Source of the DNA: Gnetum montanum
Lineage: Eukaryota; Plantae; Gnetophyta
Direction of reading: 5' to 3'
DNA: 64,000 bases
NCBI GenBank assembly: GCA_015680685.1
Contig: MNCI01001519.1
Span: 263,318-327,317 of the forward strand
The position numbers and the translations under genes were made by a program. How positions within the stretch are numbered: position 1 is the first letter of the stretch; each line of letters begins with the position of its first letter. The notes below the pieces were generated by a model. It ran no database searches. It was not told where the DNA came from and saw nothing but the letters and a program-made list of their open reading frames with translations. Below are positions 1 through 12,342 of this stretch, in pieces.

Positions 1-2190
1 GGTGGTGTTGTGTAGCAGGGTTGATCCATTGACTTGTTGCAGGGTATTGAATAAAGGTCTGCTGTGGTACGGCTGCGGTATTTTGTTGAGCTAGTGGGGG
101 CGGGAACATTTGCGCTGAACGAGTTGTCGGTACAGTGTGAGCTTGTACCTGAGGGATGAAATGGGGCGTGGCGGTTGCCGGGACCACCGCCGGAATACTA
201 ATGACCTGTTGGGATGGACCCACCCCCGCGTTATGGTGCGGTTGTTGTGCTTGCAACCCAGACGACTGCGCGTTGGCTTGCGGAAAGGCAGGGATATGCA
301 CCTACGCGATCGCGGCTGGGTCAAGAGAGGTTGCCTCTCCGTCAAAAGGGAACAACGGATTTTCTTGTGTGTGGGGCGTCAGAGTATGAAACGAATGCTC
401 CGACAGAGCCGCGAATTCGTCCTCTGCCTCTTCCCCATGCTGTGGCTCCACCACGGGTTGTGAAGTTTGGCCTCTAGCCATGACCAACTGTGCGAGCAAT
501 TCATGGTATTGGTCAATCAAGGGGATTATATCGTAGGCCGTCGGCTTAAAATCATAGCCCCCTCGGTGGAGCACCTCAAAGTTTCGCTTTGCCTCCAGCT
601 CGGCTCGGCTAAGAGCCCGCCTCGCTTGGATCTTGACGCATATGAAATTGTATTCTTCAGGGGTTATAACCGTGAAGATAGGCTCTTTCCCCTGAAGTCT
701 CAATGAACGGCACAATGGTCCTTGAGGTCCCGTTACACCAGGAGCGGGTCCTGTGACCACCATAGGATTCACAGGCGCAACACCCAGATCAGTAGCGACC
801 ATGGTGGTTGTGTTTGAGTAAAAAGAATCCATTGATCAATGAAGTCGAGAGTAACTGATAATCGGATCTAAAAGCAAATGGCTGGCAACAAAANNNNNNN
901 NNNNNNNNNNNNNNNNNNNNNNNNNNNNNNNNNNNNNNNNNNNNNNNNNNNNNNNNNNNNNNNNNNNNNNNNNNNNNNNNNNNNNNNNNNNNNNNNNNNN
1001 NNNNNNNNNNNNNNNNNNNNNNNNNNNNNNNNNNNNNNNNNNNNNNNNNNNNNNNNNNNNNNNNNNNNNNNNNNNNNNNNNNNNNNNNNNNNNNNNNNNN
1101 NNNNNNNNNNNNNNNNNNNNNNNNNNNNNNNNNNNNNNNNNNNNNNNNNNNNNNNNNNNNNNNNNNNNNNNNNNNNNNNNNNNNNNNNNNNNNNNNNNNN
1201 NNNNNNNNNNNNNNNNNNNNNNNNNNNNNNNNNNNNNNNNNNNNNNNNNNNNNNNNNNNNNNNNNNNNNNNNNNNNNNNNNNNNNNNNNNNNNNNNNNNN
1301 NNNNNNNNCGAATCCATGGCGCCCTGAATGGTCTTGTCGATCAGACAAGGACTTACGGGTCAGTAAAANNNNNNNNNNNNNNNNNNNNNNNNNNNNNNNN
1401 NNNNNNNNNNNNNNNNNNNNNNNNNNNNNNNNNNNNNNNNNNNNNNNNNNNNNNNNNNNNNNNNNNNNNNNNNNNNNNNTGGTGCTCAGAAATATGCTTT
1501 TGCTTCTCTGATTTGCCAACCCTTGTAACTTTGTCAACTGAGGTATTTATAGGCCGCGACGCTTCATGGAAAAGGCGCAACCCTGATGACGTGGATCCCG
1601 GATGTTGCGAGTCCTGTCGGCATGACCATTTTAAGTCAAACTATGACTACGCACGACACGCTCGTTTGCGTGTTGTGCATGTGAAAAGCAGGCACATGCT
1701 AAGCACGCTTTAATTGCTTTCAGGCTGTATTACGCTCATTCGCGTTGTGTTGCGTGTATGAGCGTAATCTGGTGTAAAAACAATAAGCTCAACATTGTTT
1801 TACGCTCACTACGCAACTGCGCGTAACAAAGCGTAAATAATGTACAACTCACACTCCCTACGCAGCTGCGCGTGGTGAAGCGTAAGCAATGTATAAGTTA
1901 CGCTCACTACACAGCTGCGCGTAATGAAGCGTAAATAATGTGCAACTTGATAACATACGCAATGGTACGCACCGCCGCGTAACGAGCGTAAAGACAAGTT
2001 AATCATGTGCCACGAGAAAAAACGTCAAACTGTTGCGCTTCTCTAGACTCTGCCTTTGACTATTTTGGAGCTTATTACGCTCATTACTCTGCCGTGCGTA
2101 ATAGAGCGTAAACTTGTCCTGGAAAAAAGCTGCTGCGCGCTCTCGCTTAAATTTTGCCTAAGGTCGGCTCGTAATTTTCACGGTGTTTCA
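1..2190 (-). mobile_element. LTR retrotransposon 5' portion (LTR 1325-2190, PBS-like site, gag-like N-terminal ORF 302-832), runs off the window start
   Basis: Segment 1325-2190 is bounded by TGAA...TTCA inverted ends. It has a minus-strand TATA (cctataaata, ~1545) and GCGTAA/TACGC-rich internal repeats. The adjacent minus-strand GGGCGCCA (1317-1324) resembles a TGGCGCC PBS. Downstream ORF 302-832 is followed by Pro/Gln-rich sequence. N gaps interrupt the element. Confidence 0.55.
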
Positions 2191-4219
2191 GCACCCTCAT
2201 CAATCAATCATACACCTAGCCAAAGTGATCCATGAAGCACCATCTAAGCCATGGAAGACATGAACAAGAGCTGAAGTAAGAGGAACATGCACAGGATACC
2301 CAAAATGCACCAAAAGAAAGACATGAATACACAACAAGACAAACATACAATTGCAAGAGAAAATGTATGTTAGTCTACTAATGATGATCTTTATCCACCC
2401 AGACCAAGCTTCACAAGGAGCATATGATCAAAGGTCCTCCATCTCAAGGTACTTGGGTAAAATTGTGGCCTAGTAGGTAAATCCCACACTTACTCTATCC
2501 AAGATAAGTTGGGATGCAAAGATATCACATCTTACACATACCAATAACTACCATTTTGAATCATGTTATCTAAGTGAAGATCGAAGTAGAGACCAAATCT
2601 AATTCATCCTAGATGAACATCTGAAGACCAAAGATGGAAAGCTTCTTGAACAATATTTCATAAGCCACATCGAAACATAATCATAGTTTGTCCGCTCATC
2701 AATGAAGGCCTAGTGGAGGAAATCCTAATGAACATAACCAAGTCTATTTGCAAATAAGTCCAAATAGCTTAGGCTATAAGCATCAAACAATTGGCTCCAC
2801 ATACAAAAACTAAGAGGGGCCTTACCATAAGGGCAACCCAATGGTAGATACAAGAGATAAAACTAATATAATATAATATCAACAATGATATCCAACAAGA
2901 AGGACCATAGCTAAGAAACCTCAAGGCCATAATACCCTAGGTGGGTGTCACACTTTGTGCAACACATTGAAGGATACCTTGATACCATTTATAAAAATGT
3001 TGCCCTGATGGTATCCATCACCCCAAGGAATTTTCTTAGATCCAATGGACCTAGGGGGGAAGACCAAGAGACTATTACTCCATGCAAGTAAGGAAACCAA
3101 TTCAATGACTTAGAAGAGATCATGCGACACATTTGAATCTCTTATATTGAGTATATACTTCTAGGAGAATATCTACAACTCCAAATGAGGACTAGCAAAC
3201 AGTACACAAATAATCATATAGACATCATTGATAGGAGGATGACAATGTGTCTATAGGGGATGCCTCACTCTAGACCGCTCATGATCTGGTTCAAGATTCA
3301 TCATGGCACCACACCTAGACTATCCAATGCAAGGTACTTACATATCTATAATCACCACAAAATTAAGCCTCATGTAGTTCTACAATTGTGAGGGTAAGAT
3401 GAGGACTAAAAGGAGAATAATAGAGTAAAGCCCTATTGTTTCTTGGAACCGCCAAGCTAGAGTGAGTTTTCCAACACTTAAAAGGAGAATAATAGAGTAA
3501 AGCCCTATTGTTCCATGATCCCTAAACCATGAAAAGGAACCAAGGAAGCCTCTAACCTTGAGACCTCTCTTAGAAATTAGGTTTCTTTTACTTTTAGCAC
3601 ACCAAAATTTTGTTGCACTGCTTTTTGGCCACACTAACAAGCATGACCTTTATTTCATCTTTCTTTATCTTATTTTACCTTTAATTGCATTTTATTTCAT
3701 CCACACAACTACCTTTCTCACAAAGTTTAATTATACAACCTATTAAAATAAGCTATGAAGAGAATCATGACATGTGTCCATTAGCATTGTTAGCATGGCT
3801 AGCAATTACATGGTCTATTATTAGACTTTCATGTGCTATCAATAAACACGATGTTATCCATAGTGCCTAATAGTGTTGTAAATTATTTGACCACTTTGCC
3901 CATGCGCATAACCTCAACTATGGAAACAATAGCTTACAATTCTTCAATTTCAACTAGCAAATATGATAGTCTTAAAAAAATTAAATGTCATAAAGTTTAT
4001 CACTATATCAATTGTCAATGCTTCTAATTTCCATGGATGTGTTTTAACCTAACTTGCAAACACTATGAACAACTAACATTTTGACATGTACAAATTATGC
4101 TATCTTTGAGGTGTACACGTGAAGTCCATGATGCTTTTTTGATAACTATTATTGTCAAAGTGGTTTGTCGTCCAAGAATTTGACCTGTATAGAATAACTT
4201 TTAGACATGGAGAAATTTT

Positions 4220-4525
4220 ACATACTAATGTCATTAGGTACACATTAGATCAACGTGGCAAGAACAACATTGAATCGAACCATGATAATGTAGTCCAACT
4301 CAAGCCCTTATTCATAAAGCACTTGAGCATATAGACATCATGGAATAATAACCAATATATGCAATTCAAAAGTGTCTCCACTATGCCTTAACTACCATGT
4401 ATGCCCATGCCTAATATCATGCATCATTATCCACACATACTAATGTCAACAAGTACATATTAGATCAACATTGGATTAGACCATGATAATGCAATCCAAC
4501 TCAAGCCCTTGGTCATTAGGCATTT
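4220..4525. repeat. Degenerate ~215-bp tandem repeat that resumes at ~11030-11125 beyond the LTR element
   Basis: catactaatgtca...ccatgataat...caactcaagccctt occurs at ~4220-4310 and ~4436-4510. catggaat...gccttaactaccatgtatgcc...atgcatcatt occurs at ~4339-4428 and ~11031-11120. Confidence 0.6.
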
Positions 4526-5058
4526 TGTAACAACATTGCTCTAGCAAAGCACCACTTAGTACCACCCTTAAGTCCAAAATCAACTAGACAATCTAGAGCA
4601 GACCCTACATGGACTACACCTTAATAGCTCTAGCACTTGCACAGACAACATAGGCACACGTCACCCGTTAGTCCATGAGTTAGGAGCATATCAAGTATGC
4701 TACATGAAACATATAAGCAACATGACCAACATGATACACATAAGCAATGACCACAATAAGCACATACAATTGTAAGAGTTAGCATTTCCCTAGAAGAGCT
4801 AAGATATGTTCCTACTCTAATGTATCTAACCCTAAGCCTCACTCTCAAAGAGAAGGGTGGTAACCTAAGCATTACAAGCCAAAGTTCCCCTACAAGCCTA
4901 CAGATCCTTGGGATGAAGTACACAAAGGAATCAAGGCCAATGTAGTTCTTTGATGATGGTTGTAATAGCATGGAATCCATGAGGACCTCCATGCTCCTCC
5001 AACTCTTGTTCTAGAGGAAAATAGTCTTTGATCCATCAACAAGGCATGTTTTTCTACA
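4526..5058 (-). repeat. 3' LTR of the gypsy element
   Basis: TGTAA...CTACA ends; aligns with 10473-10993; PPT adjacent on the internal side. Confidence 0.8.
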
Positions 5059-5424
5059 CTCTTCCCCACTTGAAAGAAGTGACATCCTCAAAGCTTAAGT
5101 CTTTCTCCATATGTCTCTTTAAATGTGGAAAGCACAATGGATATTGAGGATATTGAACGACTCAAACCCCATTTGACAATTATAGATAAGAACCTTTAAT
5201 GACTAGGGTAATCCACCGTAAAGCATGAATATTGAACTCAACTTGACATCTAATTGACACTTAAAGATGCTCATACAATCTAGGTTAAGAAAGAAAAGAC
5301 TTGCTCTTTTTCATGCAAACTATGCTAACCTTGCTACCTAGAGCACGATTCACTTCATATGTGAATCTTTTCTTACACTCGCAATGATACAAAGGTTGTC
5401 TATTCTGAAGGCACTTCTTCCTTC

Positions 5425-5700
5425 GTCTCAATCCTGTGGTTTCTACTCGAAAATGCATTCTCAATGTTGCGCTTCCTACTTGAAAATGTAGTCACAATCG
5501 TGTGCTTCCTAATCAAAGACAATATAATCTTGCACTTCCTACTCAAAGATGCAGTCATAATCCTACGCTTCTGACTTGAAGATGTAGTCAAAATCATATG
5601 CCTCCTACTTGAAGACATAGTCACAATCCTACACTCGCTACCCAAAGACACAGTCAGAACCCTACACTTCCTACTTGAAGATTTAGTCAAGAAGATATAC
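5425..5700. repeat. ~39-bp minisatellite (about 7 diverged units)
   Basis: Recurring cttcctact(t/c)gaagatgtagtcacaatcctaca-like unit. This explains the repetitive ORF 5400-5741. Confidence 0.75.
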
Positions 5701-6370
5701 CACCTAGTCAAGATCACCATCATTAACGTATACTCCACCAACCTCTACTCCATCATTCACTCAAGCACAGACACTTTTTTTTTTATACCTAGAATCAATT
5801 CATGAAGAAAGTAATTGCACCAAGCCAATCATGTTCTGATCCTCTTGACACTCGTTGCCCTAATTGAATACCAAATCCTCCACCTTGTGCTAGGGTGGTA
5901 AAATCCTCATGAACTTATTGAAAGGAGTTCAAAAGTCTCATATCTTGCTCTTCATCATCCTCATCAAAGATCATCAACTGATCATGAGGCTGATGCTCAA
6001 TTGCATTCAACCTACAATTCTCATCTAGTCTATTACCACTACTTTTGATTTGAAGATTTTGAGAGCATTCTTGAGCATAATGCTCTCCGCCATAGTGTTG
6101 GCATTTCAGGCCATTCCATGGAGCAGCAAAATTTGATCCACAATTTTATCTCAAAGAGAGATTAGAAACTAAAAGAAAGGAAACTAAAAGAAAGTTAACT
6201 AAAAGCAGGCCATTACCATGGTCATGGTCATGGTTTATGCAATGCTTGTTAATATTTCTAATGCTGCAACAACCGTTTCTACCATGGATTATGTTTGCTT
6301 GACGGTGTGGAGCATGGATGTGCAGTCGTCGTCGTCGTCCCTTTATTTATATAAGCGAACACCGGACAAT

Positions 6371-6970
6371 ATGTCTTACCATGAAATGGCTGAGGTTCTA
6401 GGACAAATTATTATGATTTATTGTGAAGTCAATCTGGAATATTATTTGACAGTAATAGAAAGTGACGATGTGATACTTTCTCCTGCTAATGGGTCAAATC
6501 TTCATCAGCAATGATTCATGGATGAAAATTGGAAATCAAAGATTAAAGACTGAGACAGGCTTTCCGGTATTTGCCTTGGTGAACAGAGGTAGCAGTCAAA
6601 GTTTGAAACATGGTAGGCAAGAAAACGAGATCGTTTCTTTGATTATGTACTTGACGGGTGGCTTGTAAAGATATACTGTGAACAAAGTACAAAGTTTTCG
6701 TGTCAGCACAAAATGATAAGCTAGTTCTTGCTCCTAGAAGTGAAAATGGTGTAACCCTGCAACGGATTGTAGTCATAAAATGGGGAAAACATTATAAAAG
6801 AGGGAGACTATATATAAATCTTGCAAACAACAGATGCTTGAAATGAAAGAACGTCTATAAATAAATATTCGTCTTCGGTTCCAACACAAATATACTTGCA
6901 GGCCGACTGCTAGAGTATCTATGTGAACGACATCGAGTTGGAACATTACCATAACGGATTCCAACGCTTA
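6371..6970 (+). pseudogene. Euonymus-lectin (EUL, ricin-B-like) pseudogene, apparently two tandem domains, intronless, with stops and frameshifts
   Basis: Joined translation IYCEVNLEYYLTVIESDDVILSPANGSNLHQQ*FMDENWKSKIK/TETGFPVFALVNRGSSQSLKHG matches the EUL pattern (VYCKA..YSLTIRDG.VILAP.DP.D..QHW.KDE.....KDEEGFPAFALVNKATGQALKH). A second KIYCEQ.../...NDKLVLAP motif lies at ~6667-6735. TGA at 6512 replaces the conserved W; frameshift at ~6545. Confidence 0.75.
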
Positions 6971-9900
6971 ACAACCATGTAAATTGGACGCATAAATCAA
7001 ACATAAACAAAATAGGGGAGTCAAAGTTTTATTTCCAAGGAAGAAGCAAATCCAAACAAAAAGAAAACAAAATAATTGCTGGTCCTGATGAGGCTAGAAA
7101 ATCAAATCGTCAGCAGCAATTTTTTCAGGCTACCTGATTACCCTCATCCCTCACAATGTGGTAGTGAAGAGCACAATATAAACCCTTGATCCGGCACCCG
7201 TCCCACCTGCACAGTAACGCATGAGTTGTAGGCATTGAAGGCTGATACGATGATGAATCACGTACTTTTGTTTCATACTGGAATTGCTGATATGATGATG
7301 AATCACGCTTTTGTTTCATACTGGAATTGCACCACATGTCATACTCTCTAGAAATATACGGTAAAGAGGATTAATTTTATTACTTTTGGTGGTCAGACTT
7401 GAGCATATGTGCCAAGGTTGCAAAAATAAAATCTGCCAAATACAAAGGAAATGCAGATAAAAAAAAGAGCAAAGACGGAAGTTCAAGCTCACAAAGAAAG
7501 ATGAAGAGGCATGATTTAGATAGTGAACAAATTTAAATTATTAATTTTTTCCTCTTAAAGAAAAGGGAAGGGATTTATGGACATTTCTCAAATATAGCTT
7601 TATTTTCTATAGGAGTTAAAACTTCCTATGATTGTTACAAATAATAATCCTTGATATTTGTAGATAATTTTAATTTCTCATTACCAAAAAGACACTTGCT
7701 AACTATGGCTTAAAATTCTGATAACTTTCTATGGAAGTTATAACTTCTTAGGGTGGTTATGAATTAATCACCTAGATATTTGTAACACCTCTTAACTTCT
7801 CATGATTATTGTAACTGCCCTAAGGCCACTATAAAAAGGCTTCAAGGGTGGAATGAAAGAGGAGGGGGATTTTGGAAAAAAGCAACTTTGAAGAATATTG
7901 AAGATTTTTTGTAAAGCATGGTTTGCTAATTACATCAGTTTAACTACTTTGTTAATCATGTGAGTTCTTTTTTTCCCATTTCATCTTAGTTGCTTAGCTA
8001 ATGGTTTAGATAGTATCATGTTTGGCATTTAATTTTAGAATTTTCTATTTTTGCATAATATTAGACATCTATTAAGGTTTTCCAAATAAGAGCTTATGTT
8101 GTATTAGAAAAGCATCTTGAGCAATTTAATAGTAATGTCTTATAGAAATTGTTTGTTTGAGTTTAGGGAATCTAGAAAATCTTTGATACTTTGAAATGAC
8201 TAAAATAGCTTCTTTATTTTTAAAGTTTATTGTCTTGATATTACAATCTTGAAATTGTCAAATTTTTCTAAAAGTTTTATTGTTTGCAATTTTTGACCAA
8301 TATTAACTAGCCAAATAGAAGCTTATGCTTTGTCGTTTACAAAGCGTTTTGGTAGTTAAATAAAAGTGTCCTTTATGAAATTGTTTGTTGAGCTCAGAGG
8401 GTTTGGACAATTTGTAATAGATTGAATGGGAATAGCTTTATTGCAAAATGTTTTCTCATGTCAATTTATCTTACATAAATGTTTGAGATCCCATACAAAT
8501 CTACTTTTCTTTTCTTTCTTTTTTGTAAGTCCATTGAATCTTGCTCTATTTCTAGTTTTCTTGTAGAATTTTCCCTCTAGGGGATATTAGAAGTATATTG
8601 GTAGAATTATGCTCAAACATTTTTGTGAAATTTTATTTGTTACAAGTAATGTACTATAGGGACTATATAAACTAAGTGATTTGACAAAATATGAATCTTC
8701 AACAACTCACAGTATTTGACAATTAGTTGAATTTTTTTTATGCTAGCCAAATACAATTTCATACATAACCCAACCATTTCAACATTCACAACAACAAACA
8801 CATATTCATGTTTAGTTCATTTCATAACCATTGAGTTTATTTGGAGATATTTGGGCCTTGGTATTACCAAAGACCAACAAGCACCTAAACCTTGTTTGAA
8901 AAACACGTTCATTTCCCGGTGACCCCAGTCGTGAGACCGAAGGATCCACATTGACAATTTGGTCCCAAATAGTCACCAACACATAGATGTAGCATTTTAA
9001 GCCTCAATGCCTTGGAGAATATTAACATAACCCTCCAAAACATAGTCATTTGTTCCATGACTTCTACTTTTCTTGGGAAATGTGATGTTTCCCATGCTTG
9101 TAGGTTAAGTTTTATTTTCTTAGAGTTGGCTCAACATAAGAGCCTCTGAATACACATGGACTCACTTGTCCATCACCTCTCCAAGATTTATTACTCTATT
9201 ACTTGCTCTTTAGTAATTGCTAAACTAGACCCCTATGCTTCTTTACCATCTTGTAATTTGACAAAATGGTTACAACTTGGATGGCCTCCTTGAATCTTGT
9301 GATTTTACGAGTTTTGAGCTCATGTTGGATCCAAGGTTTGAAGCCATTAAGAAATAGTCTATACTTCTTTTTCTCATCGAGTTTTGGGATTTGTATGATG
9401 ATATTTTGGTATTCTTGAATATACTTCTCTAGATCTTTTGTGTGCCAGAACTCCTTTAACTTTGCCCAAGCTTTGTTAATGGAATTGCCTAAATGAAAGT
9501 TCTCAATCAAAGTCTTCTTGAACTACTCCCATATTTTGATGGGTTTGCATACCTTAGTCTTTTCTTCTTGAAGGATGCCAAGCCACTAGGTTTTTACTGT
9601 TTCACCCAAGATTAGGTAGCAATGCAAGCTAGTCTTTCGGTGACACATTTATACATCTCTAGGAACTCTTTTATTTCAAATAGAAATGTATTTATCAAGT
9701 ATCATCCCTATCACCCTCATAGAACTTTGGTTCCTTCGCTTGGAACTTGGAAATCAATTAACTCATCCCCAATGAAAGTGCCCTTGCTCACACAGTCAGC
9801 TAATCTTTTATGACTCCAATCTTATAATCTAATTTCTTTTCCAAAGCCTCAATCTTAGTTTGTTAGCTATCCTACAAAACCTACTAACTTTTTAGCAATG

Positions 9901-10472
9901 AAAGCAGTTCTTGACTTTCATCTCGGAGTTCTTGGTTGGCAAACTATAGATCATCAACAACATCCCCAAGTTGCTCCACTTGGTTCCTTAGCATAAAGTT
10001 TTGAGTTAGATCAAATTTGTATTTTGTGCTAGAGCCCAACTCTGGAAGAAATGGAACTTCCATTGGATCTACCAGCTCTTGGATCATACGAGATTTCTCA
10101 AGTGTGGGCAAACTATGCATGATGATGCTATCTACTTGCAATAAATGACTATATAGTTCATGTATGTTTTTAGGGGATTCATCAATATCCCTCTTACCAA
10201 TCATCTCAACATCCTCATTTTCATGTATATCCTCATTCATATTCATCTCATCATACACCTCCTCATGCACATGACTACCCCAACTACCATCTCTAACTGG
10301 ATCATTCTGAGGATTAGTACCAAAAGGAGTAGTGTCAAGATTTTAGCTTCCTTTGCTCTTCTTTTTGTGTGCCATGGTAGCACACAAGTCATGAACAATG
10401 AATCATGATTATGAACCATGTACCTAGAATCACCACTATCCTTGAACCACAAATTATGACTCTGATACTAAG

Positions 10473-10993
10473 TGTAATGACTTTGCTCTGGCAAAGCACC
10501 ATTCAACACCACCCATGAGTCCAAAATCAGCTAGACAACATAAAGCGGACCTAAGATGGACTACACCTCAACAATTATAGCACCTACACGCATGTTACCC
10601 GTTAGTCCATGGGTTTAGGCATATCAAATATGCCACATGAAACCATAGAAGCGACACATGACCAACACGATACACAGAAGCAATGACCACAACAAGTACA
10701 CACAACTATAAGAGTTAGTGTTCCCCTAAAAGAGTTAAGACACATTCCTACTCTAATGTATTTAACCCTAAGCCTTGCTTTCAAATAGAAGGGTGGTGGC
10801 CCAAGCATCAAAGTTGAAGCTCCTCTGTAAGCCTAGATATCCTTGTGATAAAGTATACAAAGGAATCATGGCCAATGTAGTTCTTTGATGATGGTTGTGA
10901 TAGCATAGAACCCACGAGGATCTCCACACTCATCCACCCCTCATTTTGGAAGGAAACAATCTTTGATCCACTTACCAGGCATGTTTTTCTATA
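10473..10993 (-). repeat. 5' LTR of the gypsy element
   Basis: TGTAA...CTATA ends; PBS adjacent on the internal side; followed by TSD CATTT. Confidence 0.8.
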
Positions 10994-11686
10994 CATTTGA
11001 AGGAAAGCAATCTTTGATTCACTAACAAAGCATGGAATGATATCCAATATATGAAATTTGGAAGTCTCTTCATCGTGCCTTAACTACCATGTATGCCTAT
11101 TCATGGTAGCATGCATCATTGTCACTCGTGAAGGAAATTCTAAGTATATCTTCATACCAATAGTTAAAAAGTGAAAAAAAAGATTGAACCTTCAATCTCT
11201 CAAAAATTCTAAGAATATCTTCGTACCAATAATTGAAAAGTGGAAAAGAAACTTGAACCTTCAATCTCTCACTCTAAATTCAAAATGCATAATAATTGGT
11301 TGAAAATAAAATCAATTTTTATTTTATTTAAACAAGTGTTCATGGGTCCTAGCTATGCATGTCAAAAGGCACTCAGACACAGTAAGCATAGCTGATGATT
11401 GTCGCATGAGCTCTTAGGACACATAGTAATCATAGCTGATAATTGCCATTCATGCAAGCATAGGTGATGATCACCATTGAAAATACATAAGGTAACATAA
11501 TAGACATGCATAGTAGTTAAAGCCAAAAGTGGAGACTGCGTTGGTAAGGCCTCAACTGTTATTTAATATTGGACGCAGAACGCATATATATTTCTGCACT
11601 GACATCCCGATGATACAACATGAAAACTCGTAGCAGTTGTTTGGTTTCTGCCGTTTTCAGAGTGCGACACCCAAGTCAGACCAGAC

Positions 11687-12342
11687 ATGGACGCTGAATT
11701 TCATGAATGTGCACCCGATGAAATCGTTTCTGCTAAAGCTCCATCAGACGAGGAGGAGGAGGAGGATGATGAAGATGAATTGGAAAAGGAATTCGACAGG
11801 TTCGCTGCGGCCTTTGCTGACCAACAATGCAGTCGTGTAACAGTACCAGTAACAGAAACAGAGAGAATTGAAGATGCCTCCGTGTTTGGCTCGGGCTCTC
11901 TGTCTGTGTCTGTGTCTCCATCTCTTACTTTTGAATTTCCTGGTTGGGGACTTGACATAATACCAGGAGCAGTTTGGCTGGACCCAAACAAGCGCCGCAA
12001 AATCGTTCCATTTGTAACAATGAACAGTTACTCTTGTTCCGCCGTTTCCAACTTGTTCTCCTTAAATGACAGTTGCAACAATTTGGATATTAACATGAGA
12101 GTGGTATCTGCTACTTCGTGGGACTGGAAAGCCTGTGAAGGCCAATTGAATTTGCTGCCCAAAGAAATTTGGGTTCAGAATATCTTCCCTCGCCTTCAAA
12201 TTAGGGATCTTTGTTCACTGATGCAGACTTCTCGCTCTTTCAATTTTCTTGCCACTCAAGATGAGGCATGGGGTGCCTTTGGCGAAGAAGACAGTTGTGC
12301 CTCCTCTGACAAAAGCAGCAACTGGGATTTAGGGGTGCCGAG
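11687..12342 (+). CDS. F-box/cullin-repeat-like protein, exon 1 (acidic N-terminus + F-box)
   Basis: ATG at 11687; poly-Glu/Asp tract. F-box LNLLPKEIWVQNIFPRLQIRDLCSLMQTSRSFNFLATQDEAW (12146-12271). Donor AG|GTACGG at 12343, phase 2. Confidence 0.85.

Larger units (their letters stand above)
4526..10993 (-). mobile_element. Degenerate Ty3/gypsy (chromovirus-like) LTR retrotransposon with paired LTRs and 5-bp TSD
   Basis: Similar LTRs at 4526-5058 and 10473-10993. TSD CATTT at 4521-4525 and 10994-10998. tRNA-Met-like PBS (minus strand TAGTATCAGAGTC, ~10458-10470). PPT (minus strand GTGGGGAAGAG, 5059-5069). gag remnant 9220-9700 (YIQEYQNIIIQIP...FLNGFKPWIQHEL). Most of pol is not recognisable. 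Confidence 0.8.

Noticed and set aside
836-1537. Long ORFs full of X (also 24954-25944 and 55526-55885)
   Set aside because: They are artefacts of translating through N gaps. Only the non-N part of 24932-25193 is meaningful.
5400-5741. 113-aa repetitive ORF; regular repeats superficially CRISPR-like
   Set aside because: It is a contiguous 39-bp minisatellite with no unique spacers, in eukaryotic TE context.
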